NCBI RefSeq assembly: GCF_965277825.1
Contig: NZ_OZ255846.1
Location: 352,010 to 416,009, forward strand
Length of the DNA stretch: 64,000 bases
Source of the DNA: Rhodopila sp.
Lineage (GTDB): Bacteria; Pseudomonadota; Alphaproteobacteria; Acetobacterales; Acetobacteraceae
Reading direction: 5' to 3'
Shown here: positions 62,019 through 64,000 of the stretch, piece by piece
Numbering within the stretch: the first letter of the stretch is position 1
Layout of the letters: the number at the start of each line of letters is the position of its first letter
Position numbers and translations under genes: made by a program
The notes under the pieces: generated by a model
Seen by the model: only the letters and a program-made list of their open reading frames with translations
Told to the model about the DNA's origin: nothing
Database searches by the model: none

Positions 62019-62303
62019 ATGAGGATTACCAAGGAAGAACTTTCTACCAAAGTGGTCGTACGCCGAGCTCGCAGAGGCGCAGCCCCGTTTGTGTGGGAGA
62101 TCAACCGGGAAAATATGGCTGAACCGGTTTATGTTTCGTCCGACGGCTTCGAAAACATGGAGGATGCTTATCACGCCGGACGAGCCCGGCTGTCCGATTT
62201 CGTTTCATCGGCAAGTTCCCTAGCCGCTGCCACCAGGCATCAGCTTTGGCGGTCGGACCAACTCGGTGCATTGGACACTTGTTCGGCGGCCTTCGAGGCC
62301 TAA
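62019..62303 (+). CDS. small hypothetical protein (94 aa)
   Basis: MRITKEEL...PFVWEINRE...GFENMEDAYHAGRARL. GGAG lies 11 nt upstream. Lies in a low-GC stretch. Confidence 0.4.
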   Translation: MRITKEELSTKVVVRRARRGAAPFVWEINRENMAEPVYVSSDGFENMEDAYHAGRARLSDFVSSASSLAAATRHQLWRSDQLGALDTCSAAFEA

Positions 62304-62372
62304 ACTGCATCGCATTATGCGTCCGAGTTTGTCCGCCGGGACACTGAATCAATCGCCTGTTTACTCACACCA

Positions 62373-62518
62373 GAGCGAGCAACTCTATAGCCTGACTTTC
62401 TCGTCAGGCTGACGTTACTCTAGAGCGCTTTCTGGGTAAATGGTCACCGCGCTCTAGCTCTTTTTTTGAGCGAGCAACTTATCAGCCCGACTTTCCTGTC
62501 AGGCTGACGTTACTCCAG
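62373..62518 (+). repeat. two ~51-bp direct repeats (gagcgagcaact.at.agcc.gactttc..gtcaggctgacgttactc.ag)
   Basis: Copies at 62373-62423 and 62468-62518. Each contains a hairpin (agcctgac-tttctc-gtcaggct in copy 1). Confidence 0.85.
62420..62467 (+). terminator. rho-independent terminator
   Basis: ctagagcgc-(20 nt)-gcgctctag followed by ctcttttttt. Sits exactly between the two 51-bp repeats. Confidence 0.7.
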
Positions 62519-62605
62519 GAGGCAAGGGTCAGCGGACTAGGGTGCCGTTAATCCATCTTTAGGGTTTCTTCGCGACACTGCCGCCGGGCGGCAGGCGGGA
62601 CGGCA

Positions 62606-63061
62606 ATGCGACGGATGCGACGGGCGATTCTATTGGCGGCGGGTCTGACGGCCGGTCCAGCCTGTGCATTCGACCCGGCCGGTGTTGACATCATCGGCCT
62701 CCGCCTCGGGATGCAGATCCCCGAGGTTGTTTCTTGCCTCGGGCGTCAAGGCTATAAGCCGAACCTTACTCCGACTGTGATCACGGCCAATACCCTGGAT
62801 GGGCGATTGAAGGTCATGGTCTCCGCTGAACGCGGCGTGACCGAAGTGCGCTACGTGTTTCGCGGGCACGGGGCGGGGGAGTTGGCGTTTATCCCTGAGT
62901 CGGTACGGGCCCGATTTGGCGATCCAGACCAGGCCAAGCCGCCCACTTGGTGTCGGGCGGTGTCACCCGACGGGACTTGTCCCGATGGCGAGCCGTCGCT
63001 GACGTTTCTGCCGGAAACGCTGACCTTGATCCTACGCGCTCAGGCCGACAGCGGGCCGTGA
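62606..63061 (+). CDS. secreted hypothetical protein
   Basis: Signal peptide MRRMRRAILLAAGLTAGPACA; 151 aa. No family recognised. Confidence 0.55.
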   Translation: MRRMRRAILLAAGLTAGPACAFDPAGVDIIGLRLGMQIPEVVSCLGRQGYKPNLTPTVITANTLDGRLKVMVSAERGVTEVRYVFRGHGAGELAFIPESVRARFGDPDQAKPPTWCRAVSPDGTCPDGEPSLTFLPETLTLILRAQADSGP

Positions 63062-63139
63062 GAGAAAGCGGTCGCGGTCCCACACGGTTTGACCGCGTTC
63101 ATCAACTTTTTGTTCATCTCCCGCTTGTAGGAAAGGCGG

Positions 63140-63892
63140 ATGAATGGTCGGACGTTCGTTTTCCTGCTGGTGTTGCTCACTCCGTATTTAGCTTGTGCGG
63201 ATACCGCCCCGATTCCGTCACTGGGCGCCAACGCTGCCTGCCGCCAGGCGATCGCGGCCGCCGAGCGCGCGCATCGTATTCCGACACATTTGCTGTCGGC
63301 GATCGCGCGGGTGGAGAGCGGCCGCAGGGACCAAGCCTCCGGTACGTTCAACCCGTGGCCCTGGACCATCAACATGGACGGCCAGGGCAGCTTTTATGAC
63401 AACAAGGCGCAGGCGGTCGCCGCCGCCGTTTCGATGCGACCCCATGTCAGCCGATCGATCGATGTCGGCTGCATGCAGATCAGCCTGACCAATCATCCGG
63501 ATGCGTTTTCCAGCATGGACCAGGCATTCGACCCCGCCTCGAACGCGGAGTATGGCGCTCGATTTCTAGTGCAACTATTCGAGAAGACGAACTCTTGGCC
63601 AAGAGCGGTGGAAATGTATCATTCCGCCACACCGGAAATCGGACAGGAGTATGGCCGCCTGGTTTATGCCGCGTTGCCCGAGGAGCAGAAGCTGGCCGAG
63701 GTGGCGCCACCTTATTTGCTGGCCAGTCCATGGGGTCCGGCTTTCGGCCGATCCACGATGCTCGCGCCACTACGCTCGGGCGCACCGCATATGATCCCAC
63801 AGACTCTTAGCCTGGTAGGGGGAGTAACGGTCGGCCGGTCGCTGGCGTCCTACCGCGCGGCGCCGGTGCGGATGGCGTACCGCGCGCCGTAG
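63140..63892 (+). CDS. lytic transglycosylase (SLT domain) protein
   Basis: Signal peptide, LLSAIARVESG (catalytic Glu context), WPWTIN, DVGCMQI, and AEYGARFL motifs. Confidence 0.85.
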   Translation: MNGRTFVFLLVLLTPYLACADTAPIPSLGANAACRQAIAAAERAHRIPTHLLSAIARVESGRRDQASGTFNPWPWTINMDGQGSFYDNKAQAVAAAVSMRPHVSRSIDVGCMQISLTNHPDAFSSMDQAFDPASNAEYGARFLVQLFEKTNSWPRAVEMYHSATPEIGQEYGRLVYAALPEEQKLAEVAPPYLLASPWGPAFGRSTMLAPLRSGAPHMIPQTLSLVGGVTVGRSLASYRAAPVRMAYRAP

Positions 63893-64000
63893 TCAGGCCC
63901 GCATCGCTTCCAAACCATGCCGCAGGTCGGCGATCAGATCGTCGACGTCCTCCAGCCCGATGTGGATGCGCACGATCGGCCCGGAGAACGATGGGGCTCC
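63893..64000 (-). CDS. C-terminal end of a Cys/Met-metabolism PLP-dependent enzyme (partial; runs out of the window)
   Basis: The reverse-strand translation ..GAPSFSGPIVRIHIGLEDVDDLIADLRHGLEAMRA* matches the conserved (R)LSVGLEDVDDLI.DL tail of trans-sulfuration enzymes. Confidence 0.55.
   Translation of the reverse strand, partial: GAPSFSGPIVRIHIGLEDVDDLIADLRHGLEAMRA

Overview
This is a high-GC bacterial chromosome segment. The gene content looks alphaproteobacterial: a miaB-phoH-ybeY-corC block, a plant-type glutamate-cysteine ligase, pssA-psd, and PEP-CTERM proteins. About 60 protein genes and one tRNA-Leu(GAG) can be supported from the ORF translations. Most are housekeeping or metabolic: mltG, pssA/psd, gshA, rsmE, ubiA, lipB, PMM/PGM, galU, maeB, cobA-cysJ-cysI, wrbA, xthA and ilvD. 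The rest are transporters, regulators and small secreted or hypothetical proteins. I found no rRNA, CRISPR array, prophage or intact IS. I also see no convincing multi-gene novel system such as a defence island. The unusual signal is mostly non-coding. (1) A ~165-220 bp intergenic repeat family occurs as 3 full copies plus 1 partial copy, all in one orientation, with a conserved 14-bp inverted repeat. (2) There are many unrelated short-unit (12-22 bp) tandem arrays. Some fill whole intergenic gaps between convergent or divergent genes, and some lie in frame in the 5-prime ends of genes (chrA, miaB). (3) An AroQ-like protein lacks canonical type II dehydroquinase catalytic residues and sits in an operon with a CoA-transferase and a long acyl-CoA dehydrogenase. 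(4) A divergent PEP-CTERM gene pair flanks an AT-rich spacer, and one of the two proteins carries Cys/Gln thioester-like motifs. (5) There are several candidate RNA or regulatory structures and small decayed genes (a GNAT, an SDR fragment, a transposase N-terminus). Every family assignment comes from reading the translations and recalling motifs. No database search was run.
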